Of a stretch of DNA of 64,000 nt, positions 41,920 through 55,471 are shown in pieces. Position 1 is the first letter of the stretch, and every line of letters begins with the position of its first letter. The notes beneath the pieces are model-generated. The model was given only the letters and a program-made list of their open reading frames with translations. It had not been told where the DNA came from and did not search any database. The DNA comes from the human T2T-CHM13v2.0 reference genome, Homo sapiens, in the NCBI RefSeq assembly GCF_009914755.1, contig NC_060938.1, one strand, 5' to 3'. Position numbers and translations under genes: made by a program.

Positions 41920-42130
41920 CTAAACATCTTTTTTAATGACTACATACATATACGCTGTACAGATATGCCGTTGCTTATTTGACCAACCATTCTTCTAATA
42001 TTAGGCAGTCAGCTTATTTCCAGTGTTTCATTCTTATAAGTAATGCTATGACGTATGCCTAAAATTATCCACATTATTTCCTTAGGCTAGATTTCTGGAC
42101 TTGGAAGTATTTAGATGCAAGGATATAAAC

Positions 42131-42277
42131 TTTTTTTTTTTTAAATACAGGGTCCAGGCTGGAGTGCAGTAGCACAATCTCAGCTCACGGTAGCCTCGAC
42201 CTCCTGGGCTCAATGATCCTCCCACCTCAGCCATCTGAGTAGCTGGGACTACAGGCACATGCCACCACACTCAGCTA
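42131..42277 (-). mobile_element. Alu monomer (FRAM/right arm)
   Basis: ccaggctggagtgcagt...gctgggactacaggcac with TSD gatataaac. Confidence 0.85.
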
Positions 42278-42988
42278 GATATAAACATTTTACAGCTTTG
42301 ATCCATAGCACAGCATGACAGTTTTATACCAAACAACCCTTATAGTACAGTTGGCAGTATCTACTTGGACTGCAAGAATAGTAAAACCAGAATTTCCTCC
42401 TTGTAGCCAACAGCTATAACTCCCCTGCCAGTGGTAGTCCAGGCAGCAATTTTCTCCATATTCTGTTATAAATATAGTAGTAGCCTTTTATGCATAATTT
42501 TTTCTCTTTGTAAATCCTTTTATTTTTATTTTCGACTTGAGTCGTTTCTCGGGGATTTAAATGATGGGTTTTTTTTCTTTACTCTTTTACTGAAATGTTT
42601 TTCTACTCTGATTTAATTCTGCTTTAAAATACTCAGGATTGGTTTTGATACCTAAGCAAATCATAAAAATCTCTGCCATTGTTTTAAGAGACCAAAAGCA
42701 TGAATTAATCTATTATCAAAGTATATAGTATCCAAGGTAATCATTGTAAGACTTTTCTGCTTCAAGAGGGTGAAGAGATGAAAAATTAAACTTAAATGAT
42801 GTATAGTGTTCACACAGTCAGAGGTATAGTGTTGACACAGTCAGAGGAGAATCTATTTTCTGTGTTGCTCATTCTTTGAAAAGGGGTTAAAATTAGCTTT
42901 ATACACATAGCTTCTGTGTGAAGATGATTGGTTAATGCTTTGTGGCTTGGTATTGCACTTCAGATTTCTGCATGTTAAGATTGAGTCC

Positions 42989-43279
42989 GACCGGACGCAG
43001 TGGCTCACGATTGTAATCCCAGCACTTTGGGAGGCCGAGGTGGGCGGATCACTAGGTCAGGAGATTGAGACCATCCTGGCTAACATGGTAAAACCCTGTC
43101 TCTACTAAAAATACAAAAAATTAGCTGTTTATGGTGGTGGGCGCCTGTGGTCCCAGCCACTCAGGAGGCTGAGGCAGGAGATGATGTGAACCCGGGAGGC
43201 GGAGGTTGCAGTGAGCCAAGATCGCACCACTGCACTCCAGCCTGGGCGACAGAGCGAGACTCAATCTCAAAAAAAAAAA
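42989..43279 (+). mobile_element. AluY/AluSc8-like
   Basis: gagaccatcctggctaaca diagnostic, A tail, degenerate TSD attgagt. Confidence 0.9.
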
Positions 43280-44259
43280 TTGAGTTCATCCACAAGATTT
43301 TACCACCAGCATCCCAGTGACTGTGGCAGCCATTGCTATTGTGGCGATCTCTTAAGTAGTTCAGTATTACAGTGTTTGAATCACAGAATCATTGACAGTC
43401 AAAGAAATAAGAACTATTAAAGTTGGCTATCCAACATTGCATTCTAAGATTGTGGAGATTAGGGATGGGGTTAAAATAGGAAGAAAAACAAGTCTTTAAA
43501 AGTTTCCCAGGTAAAATATTTACAAATTGAGTTTATTCTTTATTTTTAAAATGCTGAATGAGTTCTTTCTAAAAGTAGGTACATTGAAATGAATAGAGAC
43601 AAGAACAATTTGTTAAAAGTTTTTTGTAAAGTATTTGGTTGCCCTGTGAAACAAAGAATCAGCAATGAGTGGTGTATTTGTTCACTATTTTATTGAACTC
43701 CTATAATATGCTGGACACAGCACAGAGCACTAGGAATACAAAGTCAAAATATAATGTGTGGCTCCTTATCTCAGGGAGTAACCAACAGGTAGACAATATA
43801 CATGTAACACATATTACAGTAAATTTAGATACGTCTCCTGAAGGAGTTTATGTACCAGGTACAGTGAAGTCACAAAGAGAAGTATCTCCCTCAGTCAAGA
43901 GAAGGACTTCAGAAAAGAACACCAGATATTAGTTTATAACTGCAAGCTAGTCCTTTGTGGATGATATAAAAATAAATTTTTATAAAGTGGAAAAAAAAAT
44001 TATTATTCCCAGTATCTGAAACCTCAAGGTAGAAGAATTCCTCCACTGACATACTTGAGGGCAAAAGACAAGAAGCATGTTTGTGCAAAAAGTTTCATGC
44101 TCATTATGAAAGGTGTACAATTTCCTTCTTCCATTATTTACTTTGTTTTGTTTGTGTGTGTTTTGTTTTGTTTTACACTTAGGTATCCTTTATGAAGCCA
44201 TAGAGATAGGCCTGAGAGCTCTTTTGCATGTAGAGATGGGCCTGAGGAACTTAGGTACC

Positions 44260-44390
44260 TTTTTTTAAAAAAATAATGGTAGGGTTTCACTGTGTTGCCC
44301 AGGCTGGTCTCGAACTCTTGAGCTCAAGCAGTCTGCCTGCCTCAGCCTCCCAAAGTGCTGGGATTATAGGGATGAGCCACCGCACCCAGC
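44260..44390 (-). mobile_element. FLAM_C Alu monomer
   Basis: Left-arm monomer with TSD cttaggtacc at 44250-59 and 44391-400. Confidence 0.88.
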
Positions 44391-45780
44391 CTTAGGTACC
44401 CTTTTGATTTGGTTCCAGAGAGGGCTCTTTTAGTTAGGAAGGCCATTAATGTTAGTGTTACTTCTTGGTAAATTGATCACTCCTTTGTTTCACTGAGCAT
44501 CCAAATCATGCTGACAAAGTTAGTCTTTATTCAAGGATAAAACCTATGCTGGTTTTATCAGTTCCCCCCTTTCTTTCTCCCTCTAGCATTTCGTATTTCT
44601 TTGTTGTTGTTTCTGCTCCATGCCTGGGTATGCAGCTTCCCAAGAATCACATTAAAACTATTTCTGGTTGTTTTCTTTTCCGAACAAATGTGACATTTTC
44701 TTCATCTCCTTGATTTTGAGCTGAAGAAGGCAAACTGTCAAAAATAATGAGGCCAGATGGATTTGAACACTGAATAGCAGTCTGAAACAGTGCTCAGAGA
44801 CTTTGCCTTTACAATCATTATTACAGAGGCAATGAGGGAAAGCTCCTTGGTGGCCATGAAATGAAGAGAAACTGAAACAGCTCTTAGGGGATTAGGGAAA
44901 GTCCCAGGCATAGGTAGCACTGACTTGTTCATGTATTTATTCACTCAGCATTGTGTGGAGTGCTAGATGCTGTGATGCAAAGAAAAATAAGTCATGGTCC
45001 TAACCTTTTTTGGAATAGTGTTTGGAAGACAAACATGTAAACTGACTCCTGATGCTTCAGGGTTTCTATATAAGAACTATTATTCCTTCAGCAAATATTT
45101 ATTCCTCCTCTATTATATTCCAGATTCTTTTCAAAAGACATCCTGTATGAATACTTTTAAACACACACTATCTCTAGCAAGACTACCAAAATATTACTTG
45201 GTGGACATCTATGGAATTTGCTTCCATAAATATTAGAATGGGCTTTCTATTACTGTTATTAGGTAAGAGTAGATGGTTCTTCAAGAAGGATGCAGGTTAA
45301 GGGAGACTGTTAGTTCTCACAAATTTTTAAAATATTCATCTCTTAACTTCTTTTTATTATTAACTTGTAATGTCAATGAAGAAGACATTTACAAAGTCTA
45401 ACCCAAATCTGAATTATCAGAAATTCTAAATTAAAAATTTTAATGAGGTTTTATCACAGTATTTGTATTCTAAAGGAAAAGCTCAGTGACCAAATATGAA
45501 AGCAGTTTGAATAAACTCTTAAAAGTCACTCATTACAAAAAGAAAAAGGAGACTTCAATTTTCAGCTATTTCATGAATTGATAAAGGACATTTTGATGTG
45601 TGTATGTGTGTTTTATATGATATGCCAATAAAATTTAATATACAGGGCATTCCAGAATGGTTTCTGCCCCACTGATGGACTTCAAATATGTCTCATCAAC
45701 TACAGTATTAAATGCCATAATTAAAGGTCTCCTTTCTGTGAGAAGCTCTTAGTCAAAGGAGAAAGTCTGCCTTCTGATAG

Positions 45781-45999
<219 letters not shown>

Positions 46000-47435
46000 T
46001 AAAATAACCAATACTTTTTGGTTGTATAGGAGTCAGAAAAATTATTTGTGTGTCTATGTGTTGTTAATGTTCATTATTGTGACTCAGGTGCAATTTTTCT
46101 GATACTCAGTAATGATCCCTTTTGTGAAAGAATGGAAAGATCCCATAACATAGCCATTCACATGCACTAATATTTAGTTGTTTGCAAGTAATGGTTGACT
46201 ACATCTCCACTGAAGCCAGTTACTGGAGTTGTTTAAAGTACTTGGCTTGTTCACAGCATTTAACAGAAACAACAAGTAATTAAGCTTACTTAATACTTTC
46301 TAATTTTGCATATAGTCAATATGTAACCAGAATCCACCCATTTCTACACATCATCGCACTGATACTGAGAGGCTTAAATGCCCTAAATTTTGCCTCAGTT
46401 GATTGCTTTATAGAAAAGAGAGTAAATGTAATTCCCTTTCAAGTTCTATTACATTTCTACCAAGTGAGAAACTGTATGTTAAATTTAAGCAATATAATAT
46501 CACAATCTTTGTTTGAATTTAATTGTTGCAGATGATTATATTTTATGGGTTTGGTGTATGTGTTTTTATGAGGGTCCAGCCAGCTTTGTATGCCCTGTGG
46601 AATATCAGGATAACAATATTTATTGTGGATTTTATTCTGTTCTCTCATTTATGCACATATTATTGGTTAGTTCATTCAACCAGCTGTTAAATGCGCTCAA
46701 AATTATACTAGGTGCAGAGGAGATTTCAAAGGAGATTGAAGATACAGTTCTTGCCCTGGTCCAGAATCTAATAAGCAAAATACACACATCAAATAACTAG
46801 AGAATAATTACCAGAACATATAAATTGGTATAAGATAAATGTATGCTTAAATGCTGAGAAGAAGCGGAGAAAAGAAAATGTGAAAAAAAGGAAAGCCACA
46901 TCATTTTTACAAGAGTATACTTCGGAGAGTAAAAGGAAATGGAGACTTTCTTATTATATGACAATACACATTGTCATGATGGGATGGCGATATGATTTTT
47001 GGAAAGATACCTTGCCAGGCAAAGGTTACAGATTCCTTTAATATGGAATAAGAATACAACTTACTACCCAAAGATAGCTGCACAGAACACGTAGCAGCAA
47101 TCTTAATCAGAAGGGAAAATGTCTTCAAGTTCCCATGAAGGCATCCACTATTTATGTTTCTCCCTAATTGGGGTGTGGATCCTATCTTTAAGAAACTCAT
47201 TTCCATTCTTATTGCAAGAAAGGGGCAAGGTTTATAACTACTTGGTTCCTTGCAACTGTTTTTGAGAGTCTGACTATGCATCTGCCTGATCAACAGGTAC
47301 ATGTAACTGGTAACAACCTCCAAACATTCTTGATGCTTATTGTTACAATGAGTGAATCAAGAGTCACTTCCCCAGCTATGCCACCTTCTCTGTAGGCCTG
47401 GATTTTAGGCCTGCCTGAAGTCAACTCCTCTAGTC

Positions 47436-47633
47436 CAGGTTTCTCAACCAAAGCACTATTTTAGACCAGAGAATTCTTTGTTGTGAGGAGCCGTATTCTG
47501 CATGTAGGATATTTAGCAGCATCCCTGGCCAGTAAGACCCTCACTTAAAATTGTGACAACCAAAGATGTCTCCAGACATTGCCAGATGCCAGATGCCCCT
47601 GTGGAGCAAAATTGCCCTGGTTGAGAACTACAG
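47436..47633. mobile_element. MER20 (hAT-Charlie)
   Basis: cag..ttctcaacc...tgtgacaaccaaagatgtctccagacattgcca...ggttgagaac with 8-bp TSD ctctagtc/ttctagtc. Confidence 0.88.
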
Positions 47634-50600
47634 TTCTAGTCACAAGATTCTAAAGTTAAATAAACATACACATGTCTAAATGTTTACCAACCTCACATGT
47701 AGGTAGGCACTGAGACTTACAGGGTTGTACTCATGTTTTGCTTTTCTTCTCCCAATCCTCCTTAGTAATACCATTAGGCTTATTCTGGAATAGAAAGAAA
47801 ATTTTTTGCTTTACTATTTTTTTTTCCTTTTTGAAGTTGTACTTTAGAATTTTGGATCCTCATAACTCCAATTTTGACCTACAAATCAGGATCTCTGTCA
47901 CTTCATGATGGTAGAATTCTGTCTAGGCTTGAGGAGAATATTGTTCTATTACTTTGTTTGGTTTTATGCATAATGTCAACTTCAGTGTATTCAGAACTTG
48001 GGTCCAGAGAAGCAATTCATATGAAGAAAGAGTGGTGCTGAGAAGACTTTCTGTATCCAAAGGAATAAGGCTCATACTTATATTTCACATTGTTCCTAAA
48101 AACTCCTGGCAGTCAAAGTTTGCCCAAAATAATTTCACTCATTTGAACCTAAGCAAAATTAAAACAGTATTTCATAACCCAAAATAGACTTGAATACCTC
48201 AAAATATTTTATGTTAGGATTCACAATAAAAGTTTAACAGTAGAAATACCTTACATTTATATAGTGAGTAGCAGTTTGCCTAATGTGATTACCTCCTTAT
48301 CATGTACCTTATTTGATGACTAACCGCTGTAGCATTTGAAATTGTAGAGTAATTCCATATTCAGTGATAAATCTTTGAGCTTACTTGCACCTCATTATTT
48401 TTCTCAAATATTTTTAGTAAAGAAGTATTTAGTAAAGTTTAATGTTTTTGTAGTGTGAATGAAATTGTTTGCAGGATTATTATGTAGATTCCTTTACATA
48501 AACCAAAATTGGAATTGTTTGAAAATGCCCTAGAAATATCTTGCCATCATTGCCAATAGAGCGTGAGAAAAAGTCACTGATGGGATAAAATGCCAAACCA
48601 TTGACCACTGATCACAGAACAAGAAAGAGGCAACCTGTGCTGTAGAGTCAGGATATCTGTATTTGCATCCAACTTTGACCAATTACTGGCTGTGTGTCCT
48701 TGAACAAATTGCTTAGCCTATTTCTTAACTGGTTTATTTTTCTACATGTGAAAAAATAATAGTACCTATAGTATAGAGTCTTTTTGAGGATTAAGGAGTT
48801 ATGAAAAGTAAAGCACTGCGAATAGTACCTAGCAATACAGTGTTAAACACATTAGCTGCTATTATTATATATATGAATAGTTATAGGAATATCTCTGCCT
48901 GTTAGAGACACTCTATAGTATTTATTTTGCAGCTCTTTTTCACATGGCTTCATTTCAGACTGTATGCGCTCACATTTTAGAAGGAGCATGAAACGAGCTA
49001 GTCAAGGCCTCCATTAGCTCTGCTTGTGGTTACGGGTAATGCTTAGGGTCCGTAAAGAAGAGGAACTGTTAACATTCAGCATGTACAATTTCTCTGGGCC
49101 AATGTACCACCTCAACTTCATTTTGTTTAGCTTATTGAAAGAGAATATTGCCATATGATGCGATTTTTCAGAAACAAAAGTTCTTCATTCCCAAAAGGTG
49201 AGTGAAGACTTAGTATTTGAAGTAAATGTGTGTGTGTTGACTTTAGTGAAATTAATCTTCAGACTTTCCTATATATGTCATAAGCATTCTAGAAAATGGA
49301 GGAAGACTAAAGCCATACATCCAGAAGAGTGACAGAAGATAAACACTGAGAATAAGTTCAGCCCAGAATAAAAACATGGATAACCAACTCTCAACTTTCT
49401 TAGATGATAATTTCATGTGCCAAGAGATGTTAGGAAGTGATCCAAGTTTAATATCTCCTTCATAATTCTTTGACAATCTTTAAGTTTTATTCATGTAAAC
49501 TTTCTGTCTCCTATACACTATCCTTTCAGGAATTTTATACCATATAACAATAGTGAGAAAGAGTTGACCTGTTGACCATGAGCTATTGTAGACAATACTG
49601 CAGGAATGAAATGCCATGCTAGAAGGAAAAATACAAGGCTAGATGTTTGGAAAACTGCAGGCAAAAATGTCATGGGACCTTAATCGGGATTTCTCATAAA
49701 TTTTTAGACCTATCTCCCTCAGTCTCAGGACTTCTCATCTTTCTTGGTTTTATATCCATAAGTGAGGTCTGGGAATTCTCTCTTCTTCAATGAAAAGGTT
49801 TTAAAAGCCAACACTGTGGCTCTGCTCTCTAATTTTGTTACTATTATTGCTGTTAACTTTCATCAGATCTGTTTCTCAAAGCCAAGTTTGTCCTAAAAGC
49901 CTCATAAATTGAATAGCACAGTCCTCAGGATTTAATATGAAAATTGGAGGCAATATTAGCATTTTTTTCAAGTACGTCAAGTGAATTTTGAAAGCTATGC
50001 AACTACATTCTAAAACGTTCTACCAAATACATTAATCCTATTCTGTGTTACTGGAAATCGCCTATGTGCAAAGCATCTCCTTTGTCACCTATTTTCTTAT
50101 TTGAATCTTAAATCTAAAGCAAAGAATTTATAGTTGGAGAATAACAGCAGTTGACAGCCCAGTTGTAGATAGGCACAGTATCAGAAAGGTTTTCTGAAAA
50201 TATTGCTTATCAGGTTCTGGGATCAATTTTTATTTTTCTGAAATCTGACTTAAAAAATGGTTGCAGATGCTCACTTTAAAGACTAACATTGTTAAAGACA
50301 TTGTTTAAAGAGCAGTTAATGTTACTCTGTAGTTTCAGCCATTAAAAGTTATCATAATACAAAATCCTTTTTTTCCCCCTATGACACCTCCCTTTATGGC
50401 AGTTATTACAATACTCTCATGAGCCTCTCTTGGTCTAATTCCAAATCCGCACGCAATTCTACTCCCCTTATTACACTTTGAATCAGATTTTGGAAGCCCA
50501 GAGGGCAAAACCAAAAACTACGTTAACTATTCCAGACAGATGGCTCTGGACAGGAATTTCCATTGAGATGTGGCTCATGAAACAACAGTGGATACCTGTT

Positions 50601-51569
50601 GAGAGTACCATGGAGGAAAGCACAGGGTGAAATCCCAAGGTGTGAACTCTGTGATTACTTCCCAGAGCAGAAGACAAGAAAAGTATTTGCATCCACAGAG
50701 GCTCTATCTAGCTTACAATGCTGAGTGCTGTACAGTGCAGCTGTTACTGCATTAATCCTTCTGGTGTTTCTCACAACAAAGAAAAGACCTGGGTCTTATT
50801 CTCTTATTGTATAGTAAAACAAAGCAGATTACAGGAAAAGTGCACAGATCTCTCAGCCACTTCCAACTTCTCACACTAGGATATCCTCCTGCCCCTATCT
50901 ATCTATTTTGACAAAAATAAGATCCCATCTACTCTGAGAAAGCTTTGGAGGCTTATGTAAACTCAGGCTACTTCTAAGGGATGAAATTCAGACTAATGGA
51001 TTCCTCCCCCTTTTTAAAATTTTTTTTAATACAGTCATATCTGTTTTATCCTTTGGCAGGATTTTTGCTGTTACCCATTACTGTGTGCTTTACGATGTAC
51101 TAAAAATGATACAGTGCCATGTCAACACAGAATAAAGTTAAACATACTACATGTAGCCAACCACTGCTTTGCAAACCATGGACTGCTCTCAGTCATGCCA
51201 CCTGTCAAGCATCAAACCTGAGTATGGACGTCAGCTGCAAGCCTTCATTTACCTGCCATGTGATTTGAACTTTTAAACCACGTGGTAGGTAAGGAAAGAA
51301 GAGAGGAAGCATAGAGTGACTAAATGCGAACATTAACACTATAGTAATCTTTTTAGCCTTTTGCAGTAAATTGTCCCATGGTTGATATAGACAGTTTTAA
51401 AATTACTTCCTCTTAATGTTATATATGGATCTTAAGGGTTAAATATCACCCATGGACTTGTGTCTCCATTACTGGGCTGGTATTATGCCTGGAGCAATAT
51501 TCATTCAACAGATACTTATTGAGCACGTACTTTGTGGCAGGCATTGTTCTAGGTGTTTATCCTAAGGGA

Positions 51570-51825
51570 ATATATACTCAAGAGCCTGAAAGAGTTCTGA
51601 CTGTGGCTCTGCCATTAACTAGTTCCTTTTTGGATTTTTATTTTTATTTTTTGAAATTTACTTAATCTTTCTGTGGCTTAGCTTCTTCATCTGTAAAATA
51701 TGAATAATAATAGTACCTCACAGGTTTGTCATAATAGTTAAATGAGTTGAGACAAGGTGAGGGAAGAGCACACTATTATAACACTGCCTGGGACATAATC
51801 GGTGCTCATTAAGTTCAGCTGCTAT
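51570..51825 (+). mobile_element. MIR
   Basis: ggctctgccattaactag...cttcttcatctgtaaaat...aataatagtacctca...taaatgagttga. Confidence 0.7.
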
Positions 51826-53069
51826 CTTTAATGGTCATTCTTATGAGAAAAATAAAGGGCCACACCTGTGTAGCACTGGTATGCTTGCAGAGGCCTACAG
51901 TCACATTTGTCATTTTTATAATGGGCCACCTCAGTGTCTGAAATCTCTACTATTATTATAATAGTTATTTCTTTGGTTTAAGAAAACAGTTCTGTTATCC
52001 ACCAAGGTTAACACATGAACAACTCTTGATAGCAAAACATACACTAATTATTAGGATTATCCCCAGAAGAAACAGGTCTCTAAGGGTGTGGGACAGGGTG
52101 CGATGTTGTTTTTATGAGAGTAAGACGTTTAAGAGTGGAGAGGAGGAAACACATCACGGTTCATTGTCACAGTAGAGATTGTGGTCATCCTAAGAGTAAC
52201 ACAAGGTCCTGCATTCCTGGCTAGGGATGACTGAAGAGTGGGTGAAGACACCCTGAAAAGAAGACTGTCAGGTTTACCCAAGACTGTCTTTGGTCTTATG
52301 CTATATCTTTCTGGTGTTACAATATGAACATGGAGAATAAGATTTACAAGAGAAAATATATATAGCAGTTTCAAGCATATGCAGACTGCCTGGGTTCCAA
52401 CCTGAATTTACCACTTATTAGTATAACCTTGAGCAATGCCTTAACTTCCCTTTGACATTTGTAAAACAAACATAATGATAGAATTTTATGGGGATGCTGA
52501 AAGGAATCTAATTACATTAGATAATGTCTAAAAACAATGTCTGACAGTTAGCAAAAGCTCAGTAAATATTAGCCTCTGTCATTGTTATTGTAGTTTGCTA
52601 TTATTGGAGCTGCTTTAATTATTTAGTTTCTTCTTTTCCTGAGTCCCACTTAATTTTGCTTGCCTTCTATGAGCCTTTGGCTGAATTTGAAATTCAAAAG
52701 TTCCAAATCTTTTTGATCCCTATTTTATTATAGTCTCGGTATTCTACCAATGATCTCAATTGTAAAATGACATTGCCAATATAATCGTTGTTGAACTAAT
52801 AAATCTGAAAGCAAGGTTTCTATTATTTTGGTTCTATATCTAGTTGAAATTCTGTCACTAAAATTTGCATAAATCACTTAATCTCCTTGTGTTTTAGTTG
52901 CCTATCTGCAAAATTAAAAATATTGTCTAAATGTAGTTTCATTTGCAAATTATATATAGCATTTGAGAATTGCCCCTCAAGTTTTCTGAAATTCAGATTC
53001 TCTAAGTTGAGGTGATGATTAACCTAGTCAGATTTTATTTGATAAGAGTTAAGAATAGGCATCTCCATT

Positions 53070-53466
53070 TGTATTAGTCTGTTTTCGCATTGCTAAAAAG
53101 AAATACCTGAGACTGGGCAATTTATAAAGAAAAGAGGTTTAACTGGCTCATGGTTCTGCAGGCTATACAGGAAGCATGATGCTGGGGAGGTCTCAGGCAA
53201 CTTACAATCATGGCAGAAGGCAAACGGGGAGCCAGCACTTCACATGACTGGAGCAGGAGGAAGAGAATTGGGAGGTGCCACATATTTTTAAACAATCAGA
53301 TCTCACGAGAACTCACTACTGTGACCACAGCATCAAGGGGTGATGGTTTTAACCATGAGAAACCGCCCCCATGATCCAATCACCTCCCACCAGGCCCCAT
53401 CTCCAACATTGGGGATTACAGTTCACCATGAGATTTGGGCAGGTAACACAAATCTAAACCATATCA
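53070..53466 (-). mobile_element. MSTA solo LTR
   Basis: tgtattagtctgttttcgcattgcta...aaaccatatca with perfect 5-bp TSD ccatt at 53065-69 and 53467-71. Confidence 0.92.
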
Positions 53467-54020
53467 CCATTCAAGTTTTTAATCTTCATAAATGCCAAGG
53501 TTTTAAAAGACTGCCGGGTAGTCCTAAATTGCTCCACTGAGCAGATAAGCAATTACTATGAGTAGCGTCATTTTAAATACATGCAAAACTATTGGTATAG
53601 TGACAATAAAGCATTAACTAAGATTACCATAACTGGAGATTTAGGAAAATTTCATCTGAGTTGCATTGTTCTCTTTTCACAATGTATAAATTGCTTAAAT
53701 TGGGTGATAGTTTAGTTTAACTTTATTACTAAGCATTAACCTCAAGGATTGAAGCTCAGATTGTGGAATTTCACCTGCTATCCAGTGAGCAGAGAGGGTA
53801 TTCTTTGGACATAGGGACCTTTTAAGTAGCCTTAAAACTATAGTAATCAGGGTGATGCATTTCCTCAAAGGCTTGCCCAGTTTATGTCATCCAAGCATGC
53901 CACTCTCTACACAGCACACTTAAAACTTTTTAGAACAGAAATTGCCGATGTGTTTTAGCTCACTTGCCAGTGCTTGTTGATTGTCAGTAATTACATGAAT
54001 CTCTCTTGAAAACAGTTCTG

Positions 54021-54172
54021 GGAGCGGGGAGGGATAGCATTTGGAGATATACCTAATGTTAAATGACGAGTTACTGGGTGCAGCACACCAACATGGCACA
54101 TGTATACATATGTAACTAACCTGCACGTTGTGCACGTGTACCCTAAAACTTAAAGTATAATTTAAAAAAAAA
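54021..54172 (+). mobile_element. 152-bp 5'-truncated L1PA (PA3/PA4-like) 3' tip
   Basis: gggagggatagcat...cagcacaccaacatggcac...ccctaaaacttaaagtataa plus an A tail. 13-bp TSD gaaaacagttctg at 54008-20 and 54173-85. Confidence 0.93.
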
Positions 54173-54630
54173 GAAAACAGTTCTGACACCAAGTTATAAA
54201 TTAGCAGATGAGAATGTGTGATTGATTAACAGTGTATGAAGGAAAGGGACCATCAGCATTTATTTGTGTTAAGTTTTTTTATCCTAATCCTAAACTTCAA
54301 ATTCTTTAAGGGCACAAACTATGTCTTACTCATTTTGGTATCATGAGTGCCTAGCTTGGACCACTGTGTATGTAGCTCTTAATAAATGTTTGTTAAAATT
54401 AACTAATTCATATTCTTAAATTCTTTTGTACTATATAGAGATAGAGAGATTTTAATTGTAATAATCTTTCGTGAGTTTTTCTTCTTTATTTGAAAAAGGA
54501 TCCAGACACAGAGATGAAGAATGACTTGTACCATCTTCTGAGAACAAATGGACTGAAAGCTTGTGACTAGAATCCACTACTTTTCAACCTCTTACTCCTA
54601 GAGCCCATCCTTTTGGCCAAGGGCTTTTAG

Positions 54631-55005
<375 letters not shown>

Positions 55006-55299
55006 AGCTCAGATGGAAGAGATAAACGACCAAACTCAGTTCGACCAAACTCAGTTCAAACCATTTGAGCCAAACTGTAGATGAAGAGGGCTCTGATCTA
55101 ACAAAATAAGGTTATATGAGTAGATACTCTCAGCACCAAGAGCAGCTGGGAACTGACATAGGCTTCAATTGGTGGAATTCCTCTTTAACAAGGGCTGCAA
55201 TGCCCTCATACCCATGCACAGTACAATAATGTACTCACATATAACATGCAAACAGGTTGTTTTCTACTTTGCCCCTTTCAGTATGTCCCCATAAGACAA

Positions 55300-55308
55300 A
55301 CACTGCCA
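55300..55308 (+). promoter_or_regulatory. miR-34/449 family 8mer target site in the 3'UTR
   Basis: ACACTGCCA is the reverse complement of miR-34a-5p nt 1-9 (UGGCAGUGU). Confidence 0.65.
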
Positions 55309-55464
55309 TATTGTGTAATTTAAGTGACACAGACATTTTGTGTGAGACTTAAAACATGGTGCCTATATCTGAGAGACCTGTGTGAACTATTGAGAAGATC
55401 GGAACAGCTCCTTACTCTGAGGAAGTTGATTCTTATTTGATGGTGGTATTGTGACCACTGAATT

Positions 55465-55471
55465 CACTCCA
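55465..55471 (+). promoter_or_regulatory. miR-122 7mer-A1 seed match in the 3'UTR
   Basis: CACTCCA is the complement of miR-122-5p seed nt 2-7 (GGAGUG) plus A. Confidence 0.45.

Noticed and set aside
46513-47323. 95-aa and 138-aa ORFs in the last intron
   Set aside because: No recognisable domain, non-ATG starts, partly L2-like sequence and no splice support; consistent with chance ORFs.
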